A stretch of 57,667 bases of DNA from a virus (taxonomy: Duplodnaviria > Heunggongvirae > Uroviricota > Caudoviricetes): the IMG/VR virus record IMGVR_UViG_3300025682_000004; one strand, given 5' to 3'. Shown here one piece after another: positions 48,307 through 57,667 of the stretch. How positions within the stretch are numbered: position 1 is the stretch's first letter; each line of letters starts with the position of its first letter. The notes below the pieces were generated by a model that did no database searches, had not been told where the DNA came from, and saw only the letters and a program-made list of their open reading frames with translations. The translations under genes were made by a program, and so were the position numbers.

Positions 48307-48603
48307 ATGAAAACAAAAATAAAAACAATTCACGAAGAAAATTTTTCAAACACTAATAAAAATATTGGTGTTCTATATAATTATTCGATTGATGATAATT
48401 GGTCAAATACCTTAACATATTATTATAATGACAATATGTACATTTTTTTTCATACCATTATTGATTTAATAAACTATCTTTTATATGGTGAAAAAAAAAT
48501 GAATAGAGCATATATGAATGAAAATACTTTCGATGAATTCTATGATGCTGAATATATTAATGGTAAGTTTGAAGAAAATTTAAAGTGGGTAGATAAAACA
48601 TAA
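48307..48603 (+). CDS. hypothetical protein
   Basis: 98 aa ORF. Confidence 0.6.
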   Translation: MKTKIKTIHEENFSNTNKNIGVLYNYSIDDNWSNTLTYYYNDNMYIFFHTIIDLINYLLYGEKKMNRAYMNENTFDEFYDAEYINGKFEENLKWVDKT

Positions 48604-49018
48604 TTAATTATTTAATTTCATTATTAATAATTTTCTTCAAATCATTGGGAAGATATTCATATTTATAGAATCTAAATCCATCCCAATAATCATAATTTTC
48701 CAATAATTCAATTCTTTCATTTTCAGAAAGACTATCCCAATATTTTTTTCCATCGTTTTTCATTAATTATTTAATTTGCTGATAATATTATAAATTATAG
48801 GGTTATGTTTGTCGAATTTAATCTAAATGTTGTAATACCAGTATGACCAAGAATTTGATTAATCCAATATTTTGCTTGCTCAACATCTGTACCATCAACC
48901 AAAGGTGAAGCACTTACAATATTAGTTATTTTTGGACTATTAGAATACTCAGCAACTCTGATTGTTGCTGGTAAATTCTATTATCACCATAAAAACTAAG
49001 ATAAATTAACTCAGTTCA

Positions 49019-49777
49019 TTATTCAAATCCCCCAATAATATGATATTCTTTTGGGGTAAATGGATATACTGTTGTAGCATTACCCATTTTTGTTTTTAAA
49101 CCAAAACCAAATAATGTAACACCACTACCTGCTTTAAATTCACCTTCAGCATTACCTTTTTGAAAAATCATTATGGACTTAGTTATTCCAGAATTCAAAT
49201 TAAAGTCATAATTATCAGTTGAAATATCTGAAAAATACGTGTTAGAACTTTCATCGCCCCAAGTTTTATTACCGCTAGTTTCTAATTTTTTAAAGCCATC
49301 ATTGCACATACCATTCATCGAACCTTTAATATATATTTTAGCACCAGAACCAGCATCTAAAACACCTATTTGTTTAACTTCTGCTTTAATTAAATCACCA
49401 TCTTCAAAAATTTCAGTTTCAAATTCAGTAATTGAACCTTGTGTTGTACTTGCACTTACAATAATTTCACCGATATTATACCAACTATCGTTTCTTTTTA
49501 CTTTTAAATCTACAATAAAATTACCACCAGTTGGTTTTTCATTAAGGACGAGAGTAATTTTTTCAACAATAAAACCTCTTGTTATATAAATTTGAACTGT
49601 TTCACCTGTTGTAATTTCGCTATCTTCATCAGTTAATGCAAATGCAAGGTCATATGGTGAATCCAAACCCGTTAATTCACTACCATCACCAATAAATTTA
49701 CCACCATAATAAGTTTCACCTGTATATATATTACTTTTTATTTGTTTAGCATTTATTGGACTTAAAAAATCAACCAT
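49019..49777 (-). CDS. putative virion/tail-fibre-related protein
   Basis: FIGDGSELTG motif, Gly/Thr-rich beta composition. Confidence 0.45.
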   Translation of the reverse strand: MVDFLSPINAKQIKSNIYTGETYYGGKFIGDGSELTGLDSPYDLAFALTDEDSEITTGETVQIYITRGFIVEKITLVLNEKPTGGNFIVDLKVKRNDSWYNIGEIIVSASTTQGSITEFETEIFEDGDLIKAEVKQIGVLDAGSGAKIYIKGSMNGMCNDGFKKLETSGNKTWGDESSNTYFSDISTDNYDFNLNSGITKSIMIFQKGNAEGEFKAGSGVTLFGFGLKTKMGNATTVYPFTPKEYHIIGGFE

Positions 49778-49867
49778 AAGATTTATTATGTTATGTATAA
49801 CAATTTATTTTTATTATAAATACCTAATTCAACGAAAAGTTAAATTGTTTCTACAAAAACAAACAAA

Positions 49868-49900
49868 AAAAAAACGAATGATTCATCATTCGTTTTTTGA
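49868..49900. terminator. probable intrinsic terminator
   Basis: aaaaaacgaatga/tcattcgtttttt. Confidence 0.65.
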
Positions 49901-49923
49901 ATAGAAATAAAAATATTATATTT

Positions 49924-50706
49924 TTAAATTATTCTTAGTTTATTTATTATTTGAATTATAATGTTTGTTTGATTTGCTGATTGTAATGATATATATTCTA
50001 ATGTTTTTTCTTTATCCTTCTTTATATTATCCCAATAATATTTAGATAATTCAAATGGTGTAAGTAATTCTAATTTTCTTTTTAGATTTAGAAAATTTAT
50101 TATTGTTGATAATGGTGTTATTTCATATTTACCGTTAAAATTCCATAAATTAATAATATCAATAACACCAGATTCCCAAGGTTTAATTGTTAAGGCTCTT
50201 TTTAATATTAGAGGTAATTTATTATTAATATTATTAATGTTATTAATGTTTTTTAAATATCTTTTAAATAAAAGAGGTATGTCATAATTAATAATATTGT
50301 AACCAGAAAGTATAGGAAAATATTTTGGTTGTGATTTCATACCATCACTAGATATTTCATTTAAAACATTAAAAAAACCATCAATTACAATTGATTCTTC
50401 ATCATTTACAATTTTATTTATATAACGTTTTAATTCATTATTTTCATTATATACACCACCAAATGTAATTGATATAATTTTATTGTATTCGGGATAATAT
50501 ATTGCATTTTCTAAATAATAATTATTAAAATCAATAGTTTCAGTATTAATATTTTTTTGTTTGCATACTTCTAACCAAGATTGAAAAAGTAATGGATTTT
50601 CTTTTTCTAAAATTTCTAAATCAGGATATTCTAAAACACTTTTTACATTAAAGAAAAACATTTCATAAATAACCGATTTATTAAAAATATCATCAAACAA
50701 CCCCAT
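49924..50706 (-). CDS. PolB-type 3'-5' exonuclease-like protein (divergent)
   Basis: PEYNKIISI, LSGYNIINYDIP, KPWE...D; ExoI acidic residues not evident. Confidence 0.6.
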   Translation of the reverse strand: MGLFDDIFNKSVIYEMFFFNVKSVLEYPDLEILEKENPLLFQSWLEVCKQKNINTETIDFNNYYLENAIYYPEYNKIISITFGGVYNENNELKRYINKIVNDEESIVIDGFFNVLNEISSDGMKSQPKYFPILSGYNIINYDIPLLFKRYLKNINNINNINNKLPLILKRALTIKPWESGVIDIINLWNFNGKYEITPLSTIINFLNLKRKLELLTPFELSKYYWDNIKKDKEKTLEYISLQSANQTNIIIQIINKLRII

Positions 50707-50717
50707 ATTTAAGAAAT

Positions 50718-51065
50718 TTATTCAATATTAAACAAATAGTATAATAATTTTAACAAAAATGGTCTATTTTCTTTTTTTATTTCTTTATATATGTTTCTAA
50801 CATCATCCAAAGAATATGATTTTAATTCTTCTATTGAATATTCAGAATATTTAATAATATACTCTATTAATTGGTCTTTTTTCTTTTCATTTTTTTTTCT
50901 TTTTATTTCAATTTCATCCAATAAAAAACATCCACTTTTTTCGACTTCATTAATAAAATATTTTTTTTTATTGTTTGTATCGGAATTTAAATATTTTTCA
51001 AATTCATTATACTTCAAATTATCATCATCTGAATCAATGGATAATATTTTATCATTTAATTCCAT
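50718..51065 (-). CDS. hypothetical protein
   Basis: 115 aa ORF. Confidence 0.6.
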   Translation of the reverse strand: MELNDKILSIDSDDDNLKYNEFEKYLNSDTNNKKKYFINEVEKSGCFLLDEIEIKRKKNEKKKDQLIEYIIKYSEYSIEELKSYSLDDVRNIYKEIKKENRPFLLKLLYYLFNIE

Positions 51066-51071
51066 GAAACA

Positions 51072-51674
51072 TTACTTTAATTCATCATTAACTATTTCTT
51101 CTTCAATGCTTTGAGAGTCAATTTCTTCATTTATTTGTTTTTTCCTTATTGTTTTTCTTTTTGTTGTTGAAGATTTTTCATCTTTATTATTTTTTAAATC
51201 TTCAGTATTTTCTGTTGTAGAAATAGATTTTTCAAAATCTTTATTAATATTTTTAAAGGAATTAATTTTCAATTCATCAAGTTCTTCATAAAATTTTTTT
51301 GCTTCTTTTTCTAAAACAGATTTCATTTCTTCCATTTTAGTTGTAAATTCCTTTTCTTTTTCTTCAATTTTTTTGTTTGTTATTATGATAATATTTAAAA
51401 ATTTTATTAAATCATCAATAATTACTTTACTATTTTTTGGTTTTATTTTAACAATATTACCAAGTTCTTTTTCTTGTAATAATTCACATTCAATATCTTT
51501 ATTATTATTAAAAACCCAACCTTTTGGTAATCCAACTTCCAATTCCCACCAACCATCAATTGTATTTTTCTCAAACGATTTTAAATATTCGTCTGATTGT
51601 TTTAATATTTCATGTATTGTCATTTCCATTTTTTTTAAAAAATATATGAAAGAAATATTGTTAAAGAAACCCAT
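51072..51674 (-). CDS. hypothetical protein
   Basis: 200 aa ORF; true start probably slightly downstream. Confidence 0.6.
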   Translation of the reverse strand: MGFFNNISFIYFLKKMEMTIHEILKQSDEYLKSFEKNTIDGWWELEVGLPKGWVFNNNKDIECELLQEKELGNIVKIKPKNSKVIIDDLIKFLNIIIITNKKIEEKEKEFTTKMEEMKSVLEKEAKKFYEELDELKINSFKNINKDFEKSISTTENTEDLKNNKDEKSSTTKRKTIRKKQINEEIDSQSIEEEIVNDELK

Positions 51675-51829
51675 AATATCAATTTCTCAATATTGGTTAG
51701 AGTAAAACGGGTTTCTTTTTTTAATTTAAATCTTCCATAAACTTTTATAGATAAATTAGTTATAATATTTATTATAAAAATTATGGAAGATATAAATAAA
51801 ATTTGATATATTTCGTTAATAATTTTCAT
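51635..51829 (-). CDS. small membrane protein
   Basis: Two hydrophobic helices. Confidence 0.55.
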   Translation of the reverse strand: MKIINEIYQILFISSIIFIINIITNLSIKVYGRFKLKKETRFTLTNIEKLILWVSLTIFLSYIF

Positions 51830-51831
51830 TA

Positions 51832-52110
51832 TTATTCTCCATGTGATTGTCCTTGATGAATACGTTCTTGTTGTTGAACGGGTTTTTGTTGAAGAATTTG
51901 TTGCTGTTGTGGTTGTTCATCACGGAAATATTGTTCAATTAAATTTATTTGATTGTTATACAAAGAAATACGACCTAAAATGTCTTGCATTTCTTCAATT
52001 TTCTTTTTATAAAGCATATTAGGGTCTGCTGCTAAACGTACTAATTCTAATTCATCGTAATACTTGTCATTTTTAATTTTATTAATTAAATCTAATTTTA
52101 AATTTGCCAT
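51832..52110 (-). CDS. hypothetical protein with Gln-rich tail
   Basis: 92 aa ORF. Confidence 0.65.
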   Translation of the reverse strand: MANLKLDLINKIKNDKYYDELELVRLAADPNMLYKKKIEEMQDILGRISLYNNQINLIEQYFRDEQPQQQQILQQKPVQQQERIHQGQSHGE

Positions 52111-52173
52111 ATTATTAAAGTTTTTATTAGTTATTTTTTACAAAAATATACATTTTTTATATAAATTCCAAAT

Positions 52174-52578
52174 TTATAATATTATTTTTTCTGGTTTATT
52201 TTTATTTTGAAAATATTCATCAAATATTGAATATATTTCCATTAATAATTTCATACTATTTTTATCGTTTTGATTATCTAAATTAAATACATTTTTCCAA
52301 AATAGAAAATGTTCATTGTTTTCAATTTCATTATTTTTATAATATCTATGATAATAATATTTATAAAAATATTCTTTTAATTTATTATTTTTTGTAAAAT
52401 CAATTTCCTCTTTTTTAAAATTTTCACAAGTTTTATTAAAACACCAATTATAATGATTTTTTATATCATTGTCGTTGGATAATGTATCTTTATCAAGATA
52501 ATAATATATTATATGGGATAATAAATTAATACTAAAATCCCTATAAAGTTCATTTCTTTGTCTTATTATATTTTTCAA
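52174..52578 (-). CDS. hypothetical protein
   Basis: 134 aa; HYNWCFNKT..NF motif. Confidence 0.6.
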   Translation of the reverse strand: MKNIIRQRNELYRDFSINLLSHIIYYYLDKDTLSNDNDIKNHYNWCFNKTCENFKKEEIDFTKNNKLKEYFYKYYYHRYYKNNEIENNEHFLFWKNVFNLDNQNDKNSMKLLMEIYSIFDEYFQNKNKPEKIIL

Positions 52579-52587
52579 AACAATAAA

Positions 52588-53343
52588 CTATTTTAACGAT
52601 TTTAACATTTCAATTAATTCTTTTTGTGGATGAACATCACTTTTATCTTGTCTATATGAAGAATGTGACCATATACCTGAAACACCATTAATTGCTTTTT
52701 CTGAATATGTAAACATATCTTCATTATAATCTAAAGGTATATCATATTTTTCATTGAAAAAAATAAGTAATTTACGTAATGATTCAATTTGTTCATCGGT
52801 ATATTTTTCAAACCCATAAAAACCACGATATTGTTTATCATATATTACTACATTTTCAACTGGTTTTAAATTAGTATTTGGTATATTTTTCTTTTTTACA
52901 TCATCCCATTTTGCAGGATACCACAATCCATTTTTTTCAATTAAACCACCCCAAGAATCTATTTCAATTCCAATGGAATGTTTATCTAAATTTGAATTAC
53001 CAGCACCCAAATGATAAGCCCAATACTTGGATGAAAAACATTGAAATATTTTACCATCCCATTGAATTATTAATGCCGTGGCAATACGTTCTGCTGTCAT
53101 TAACCACCACTTAATATCACCATCAACGCCTTGACCAGATACGGTATGATGTAAAACAATTTGATTTTTTTTAGTTTCTTCTCTAACATATTGATTATAT
53201 GGAAAATCAACCAAAATAATTTCTTTTAAGTCTAATTTTGATAAAATTTTATTTTCTTTTTCGTTTTCTTTTTTTGTTTTCCAAATACCATCCATAACAA
53301 ATAATTTATTTAAAATAATTTTTAGATAATTTATTATATTCAT
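52588..53343 (-). CDS. N-acetylmuramoyl-L-alanine amidase (Amidase_2), endolysin candidate
   Basis: IVLHHT, WAYHLG, SIGIEI, YTDEQIESL, SH...KSD. Confidence 0.88.
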   Translation of the reverse strand: MNIINYLKIILNKLFVMDGIWKTKKENEKENKILSKLDLKEIILVDFPYNQYVREETKKNQIVLHHTVSGQGVDGDIKWWLMTAERIATALIIQWDGKIFQCFSSKYWAYHLGAGNSNLDKHSIGIEIDSWGGLIEKNGLWYPAKWDDVKKKNIPNTNLKPVENVVIYDKQYRGFYGFEKYTDEQIESLRKLLIFFNEKYDIPLDYNEDMFTYSEKAINGVSGIWSHSSYRQDKSDVHPQKELIEMLKSLK

Positions 53344-53671
53344 CTGTATTAATATTTAATTCTTTACATATTTTTTTTATTCTATAATTATTCATTAAAA
53401 TTGCAATTGTTAATGAAACTATAAAAATAATCAATAATATTAAATAAACAAAAATTGAACATAAAATAATTTTTTTATTTAAATTAAAAATAACACCAAA
53501 AAATCCAATTAAAAAAAGAATAATAAATATAAACGTATATACATTTTTTAATTTTAATTCTTTATTTATATTATTTTTTGTAAAAAAACTATATATAAAA
53601 ATTATCCACCTATTAGGTGGATAATTATAATACGTTTCCAAAAATTTTTCTTTACTAATATTATTTGTCAT
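53306..53671 (-). CDS. two-TM membrane protein
   Basis: Two hydrophobic helices; directly upstream of the amidase. Confidence 0.55.
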   Translation of the reverse strand: MTNNISKEKFLETYYNYPPNRWIIFIYSFFTKNNINKELKLKNVYTFIFIILFLIGFFGVIFNLNKKIILCSIFVYLILLIIFIVSLTIAILMNNYRIKKICKELNINTDEYNKLSKNYFK

Positions 53672-53674
53672 ATA

Positions 53675-56011
53675 TTAAAATCCTCTGTTTTTTTTAGTGC
53701 TTTTCGTATCAATAAAATTCTTTGGTTTATAATTTAATAAATGTTTCATTTTATTTAAATTTTTATTGTCTACATTTAAATTTTCATTAACAACATTTTT
53801 TTCTTTTTTTATTTTAAAAATACTATTTTTACCATCAGTATAAAATTTATAGTTTTCCATTAAATTTATAATCTTATCATTTTTTATAATTTTATAATCA
53901 ACCGTTTTGCTATTATACTTATTACCAAAACCAGTTAAATCTAATTTAAATAATCCGTTTACATTTTCAGTGGTTAAAACTTCATGAATATTAAAATCAA
54001 TAATTCGTTTTTTTCCTAATATATCAACATATCTTCCAGTAATCATTGATTCATTAATATCCTTATATTTGTTATATTGATTCATTTCATTACCATCATA
54101 TACAGGTTGTGATTCTTTATTATATAAAGGTTGTTTTTTACCATCTTCTAGTTGTTTTTTTCTTATTTCATAAAATTTATCACCCATATCTTTTTTCATT
54201 CTGTCTTTAAAACGTTTACTTGGTTCTATATCAAATTTAACGGAATGTAATCCTTTAGTATATAAATCCACTTCATTTTGTTCTTCTTGTGTTCTATTAC
54301 GTTTAGGTATTTCATTACCCTTATCATTATCACTATTACCTACATTTTTTAGATGTGTATTACTATTAGCATTAGTTGATTTAATTTCTTGCTTTTCAAT
54401 ATCCACACCTAATTTTTGTGGGTCTTTAATTGTTATTTGTTGGTCTTTCCATTCTAATTCTTTTTGAACATCAATTATTTTTTTAGTTCCGCTATAATTT
54501 AAATCTTTCTTAAAATTAGATGGATTTTGATTTATAATTCTTTGCCTATCCACTTCTGTTGATATTTTTCTATCTTCATTCATGTTTGATAATATATTAT
54601 GATATTTAGAAATTGCTTCCAATTCTTTATTTACTTGTTCAATAAATTCAGATTCATTTAATCCACCACTTTGTTGTGTTCCTGTTGGAACTGATGATGT
54701 TTCCATTTTATTAGACATTGAATCTTCTCTTGATTGTAATTTTGAAGCATTTACCATACTTGTTGCATCTTCATTTTGTTTAGTATAATATTTTTTACCA
54801 TCTGGTTTATTATCGCCACCAAATAACCAATCCTGAACATCAAAATAATATGGTTGACCTCTATGTTGTTCTATTTTATATAGAATACCTCTTTTGGTTT
54901 CTTCTTTTGACATAAAAAAATGAGTATAATCAACTCTTTCTAAATAATATGGAATATCATTAACGTATATTTTTATTCTTTCACCATAAAATTTTTCTGA
55001 TTCCAATTCATTAACATATTTTTCAAAACCAGAAGAATCTGTTAAATATTCACTTTCACCTATTTTTGTTTTTATATTCCTCTTTGCTTCATAAAAAATA
55101 CCATCAAATCTATCTGCACGTAATCTATCATCAACAGCATCTTTTACTGAATTAATTAAATCATTATAAGTCATACCACCATTTTCATCAATATAATCCC
55201 ATAAAGAATTAGTATCTCCCAAATCATCCCAATCTACATAACCAATCATTTTATTTGCAAATTTTAATGCAACATCATATAATGCTTGACCTTTTAATTT
55301 AGGAATATCATTTTTTGTTAATTTTCTAGTTTTAAGTAATGCTTGTAATTGTTCTGATGTTTCAATCATTTCATTATCATTAATTAAATTTTCATTTTCT
55401 TGTATTATTTTACCACCACTCCAAATTGGTTTTCTAATAATTTTGGATTTTTTACCCTTCATTAAATCACCATTACCCCATGCCGATGGTGTTGCATAAC
55501 CAACATATCCAACAGAACCACCTGCACTTCCACAAGATGTTGTTTCAGAAACATCATTATCCTTTTTACCATTAATTAATCCTTTATTTCTCATGGTTTC
55601 CTCACCTGCTTTTTTTATTTGATTAATACCACTTTTATCCCTTCTTTTTTTCTTTTTTGGTATCGCTCTTTTATATTTTAGAATATATTTTGGACTATTT
55701 AATACATAATCATTAAATATCATATTTTGAATTGTTTCATTGTAATGATATCCATATTTTTCTTCACCATTTTCAGCCATTTCATCATAAATTGCAGACA
55801 ATTTTGGGTCTGAAAAAACCAAGGCTTCCATTTTAGGTAAACTAAATATTTTCTTTTTTAATGATTGTTCTTTTTCTGTTAATAATGAATCAATTTCATT
55901 TAATTTAATATTCAACCCACTCATATTTTTTTTAAAATTATCTTCCAACCCTTTTGATTGTTTATTTATGGGTTTTTTTAATGTTGGTTTAAAATTAGTA
56001 TTCTCATTCAT
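53675..56011 (-). CDS. large phage protein, probably virion-associated
   Basis: 778 aa; repeated xNE/xSE-type segments and low-complexity linkers. Confidence 0.6.
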   Translation of the reverse strand: MNENTNFKPTLKKPINKQSKGLEDNFKKNMSGLNIKLNEIDSLLTEKEQSLKKKIFSLPKMEALVFSDPKLSAIYDEMAENGEEKYGYHYNETIQNMIFNDYVLNSPKYILKYKRAIPKKKKRRDKSGINQIKKAGEETMRNKGLINGKKDNDVSETTSCGSAGGSVGYVGYATPSAWGNGDLMKGKKSKIIRKPIWSGGKIIQENENLINDNEMIETSEQLQALLKTRKLTKNDIPKLKGQALYDVALKFANKMIGYVDWDDLGDTNSLWDYIDENGGMTYNDLINSVKDAVDDRLRADRFDGIFYEAKRNIKTKIGESEYLTDSSGFEKYVNELESEKFYGERIKIYVNDIPYYLERVDYTHFFMSKEETKRGILYKIEQHRGQPYYFDVQDWLFGGDNKPDGKKYYTKQNEDATSMVNASKLQSREDSMSNKMETSSVPTGTQQSGGLNESEFIEQVNKELEAISKYHNILSNMNEDRKISTEVDRQRIINQNPSNFKKDLNYSGTKKIIDVQKELEWKDQQITIKDPQKLGVDIEKQEIKSTNANSNTHLKNVGNSDNDKGNEIPKRNRTQEEQNEVDLYTKGLHSVKFDIEPSKRFKDRMKKDMGDKFYEIRKKQLEDGKKQPLYNKESQPVYDGNEMNQYNKYKDINESMITGRYVDILGKKRIIDFNIHEVLTTENVNGLFKLDLTGFGNKYNSKTVDYKIIKNDKIINLMENYKFYTDGKNSIFKIKKEKNVVNENLNVDNKNLNKMKHLLNYKPKNFIDTKSTKKNRGF

Positions 56012-56013
56012 AA

Positions 56014-56241
56014 TTATTTAATATCAGTTTTCCAAAATTCACGTTTTTGCCATAAAACTTTATATACGGCTTCTAATGAATCTTTTATTGTTGAAATCAT
56101 TTCATTTCTTGATTTACTATTGTTTTGTTTTAACAGTTTTGCAATTTCTTTATCTAATAAATCAGATACAAATTTATTCAATTCATCTTTTACTATTGAC
56201 TTTATTTCACTACTATTCATTATGAAACTATTCTTATTCAT
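56014..56241 (-). CDS. hypothetical protein
   Basis: 75 aa ORF. Confidence 0.6.
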   Translation of the reverse strand: MNKNSFIMNSSEIKSIVKDELNKFVSDLLDKEIAKLLKQNNSKSRNEMISTIKDSLEAVYKVLWQKREFWKTDIK

Positions 56242-56276
56242 AAATACTTAAAGAAAACGAAAAATAGTATAAAGGA

Positions 56277-57065
56277 TTAATTAGATATTAATAATGTTCC
56301 AAGAACACCAACACCCACACCAATAGTAGTATAAATAACCGAATTTTTATTTTTATAATAAAAATTTTGAACTTTTTGCCATCCATTTGGATTTAAATGC
56401 TCTTTTGTTATATTAGGTATAACATAACTTTCAATATTTTCTGTTTTAAAAAAATCATTACTGTTTGTAATACTGAATGATACTGGATAACCCATTTTTT
56501 TATCATTTTTCCATTGAAAATCAATGTATTGTTTATTTGGAAAATAAAGTGAATCTATTAATAGAAATGGTGTTTTTTCAATACTAATTGGTTTAATATC
56601 ATATACTGTAAATTTATATGTAACGAATTTGTTTTTATTGCTATAATTATCTTTAAAGACGATTTTATTAGTAATAGTATCTACAATAGTTTCACCATCA
56701 TGTAAAAAAGAATCAATTTTTAAATTTGTTTCAATCAATGCAGCAGCAATAATATTATTTTTATTTTCTAAATTATTAATTCTATTAATTAATTCTTTTT
56801 GCATTGAATTTAACTTACCACTAATTTCATTTAAATTTTTTATAGTTTCTTGCATGGTAAGTTTTTCAGAAACCAATTCGTTATTTTTATTTCTATATGT
56901 TGAAATAGTATCTAATAAAGCATTTTTTAGTTTAATTTCATTTGAAATTTTATCATTTAATTTTTCAATTCTTTTATTTTGTAAAGTAAAAATTATGATA
57001 AAAATTATTATAAAAAATAAAATAATTTTAATATTTTTTAATATATAATCTAAAATTTTATTCAT
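56277..57065 (-). CDS. membrane-anchored coiled-coil protein (spanin-like candidate)
   Basis: N-terminal TM, coiled coil, C-terminal GVGVGV hydrophobic tail. Confidence 0.45.
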   Translation of the reverse strand: MNKILDYILKNIKIILFFIIIFIIIFTLQNKRIEKLNDKISNEIKLKNALLDTISTYRNKNNELVSEKLTMQETIKNLNEISGKLNSMQKELINRINNLENKNNIIAAALIETNLKIDSFLHDGETIVDTITNKIVFKDNYSNKNKFVTYKFTVYDIKPISIEKTPFLLIDSLYFPNKQYIDFQWKNDKKMGYPVSFSITNSNDFFKTENIESYVIPNITKEHLNPNGWQKVQNFYYKNKNSVIYTTIGVGVGVLGTLLISN

Positions 57066-57083
57066 AATATAATTTATATTAAT

Positions 57084-57578
57084 TTATTTGTTTAACACCT
57101 CATTTCTCCAATATTCAGAAAATTTATTATAATAATTTTCAATTCTTTTAATAATTTCATCATATTTTGGATTATCTGGTGAATATTCTTCAAGAAAATC
57201 AAACATTACACCAGAACTATTTTCTTCTTTTGTTACCTGATAAGTAAATTCAATAACCCCATCAACAACACCACCCCAAAAAATAAGATTATCATAAACA
57301 TATAAATCAAAAAAAATAACACTTACTGTTTCATTTTCGGGCATATTATCAAACAATGCCAAAAATTTATTTTCTTCATTTTTTTGGTCAATAGTTGTTA
57401 TTTTATTTAAACCAATTTCATTTTCTTCTTTTTCTTCATTTAAAGAACGTGTTATTTTTAATAAATCACGCATTGTATATTCTTTTAACAATATTTTTTT
57501 TTGATTTTTCACATCATATCCATTACGCATACGATTAAGAAAAATTCTCATTTCGTTTGATGTTGTTGTTTTTTTCAT
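57084..57578 (-). CDS. hypothetical protein
   Basis: 164 aa ORF. Confidence 0.6.
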   Translation of the reverse strand: MKKTTTSNEMRIFLNRMRNGYDVKNQKKILLKEYTMRDLLKITRSLNEEKEENEIGLNKITTIDQKNEENKFLALFDNMPENETVSVIFFDLYVYDNLIFWGGVVDGVIEFTYQVTKEENSSGVMFDFLEEYSPDNPKYDEIIKRIENYYNKFSEYWRNEVLNK

Positions 57579-57667
57579 ATTAATCTAATCTTTTGTGTCT
57601 TTCATTTTTAATAAATAGTTTTTTTATTGAATTTTTCTTTTAAATTCATTAATATCAAACATTGGAT

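Noticed and set aside
48770-49018. Gene downstream of the tail-related ORF
   Set aside because: A frame of about 55 codons preceded by multiple stops with no clear start; probably a decayed fragment that I cannot call
414-57048. Numerous antisense or nested ORFs in the supplied track (e.g. 633-866, 5756-6040, 14574-14930, 49239-49589, 50791-51114)
   Set aside because: They overlap better-supported genes and have the composition of reverse-frame AT-rich sequence
1-57667. tRNA, rRNA or integrase genes
   Set aside because: No cloverleaf or rRNA-like segment and no tyrosine-recombinase motif set recognised by eye; tRNAscan-SE and HMM searches would be needed to exclude them fully

Overview
Very AT-rich, densely packed segment that reads as a large (jumbo-type) dsDNA phage genome in the standard genetic code. 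It carries rIIA/rIIB, a Dda-like helicase, an Rnl2-type RNA ligase, exonucleases, amidase and M23 lysis enzymes, and many small hypotheticals. A Bacteroidota host is my inference only. The main finding is an integron-like gene-cassette system. Five DNA methyltransferase genes (18922-23076) each sit in a discrete unit that starts at a GTT crossover and ends in an attC-like hairpin whose left arm is complementary to that unit's own first 10-14 nt. Removing the array at the shared GTT restores an in-frame cas6-like gene. A sixth, solo cassette (14476-15607) carries an ADP-ribosyltransferase-like gene. All cassette genes are antisense to the classical integron orientation, three have their N-terminus encoded inside the attC, and no integrase is in the window. 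Also present are two IS607 elements with a conserved third ORF, variable cargo (one TnpA-HicB fusion) and intact TnpB; one IS200/IS605 element; 11 exact ECF-type promoters (TGTAAC-N16-CGTA); several candidate structured ncRNAs; and a repeat-rich putative origin near 13.6-16.2 kb. Protein calls rest on motif recognition by eye, not database searches.
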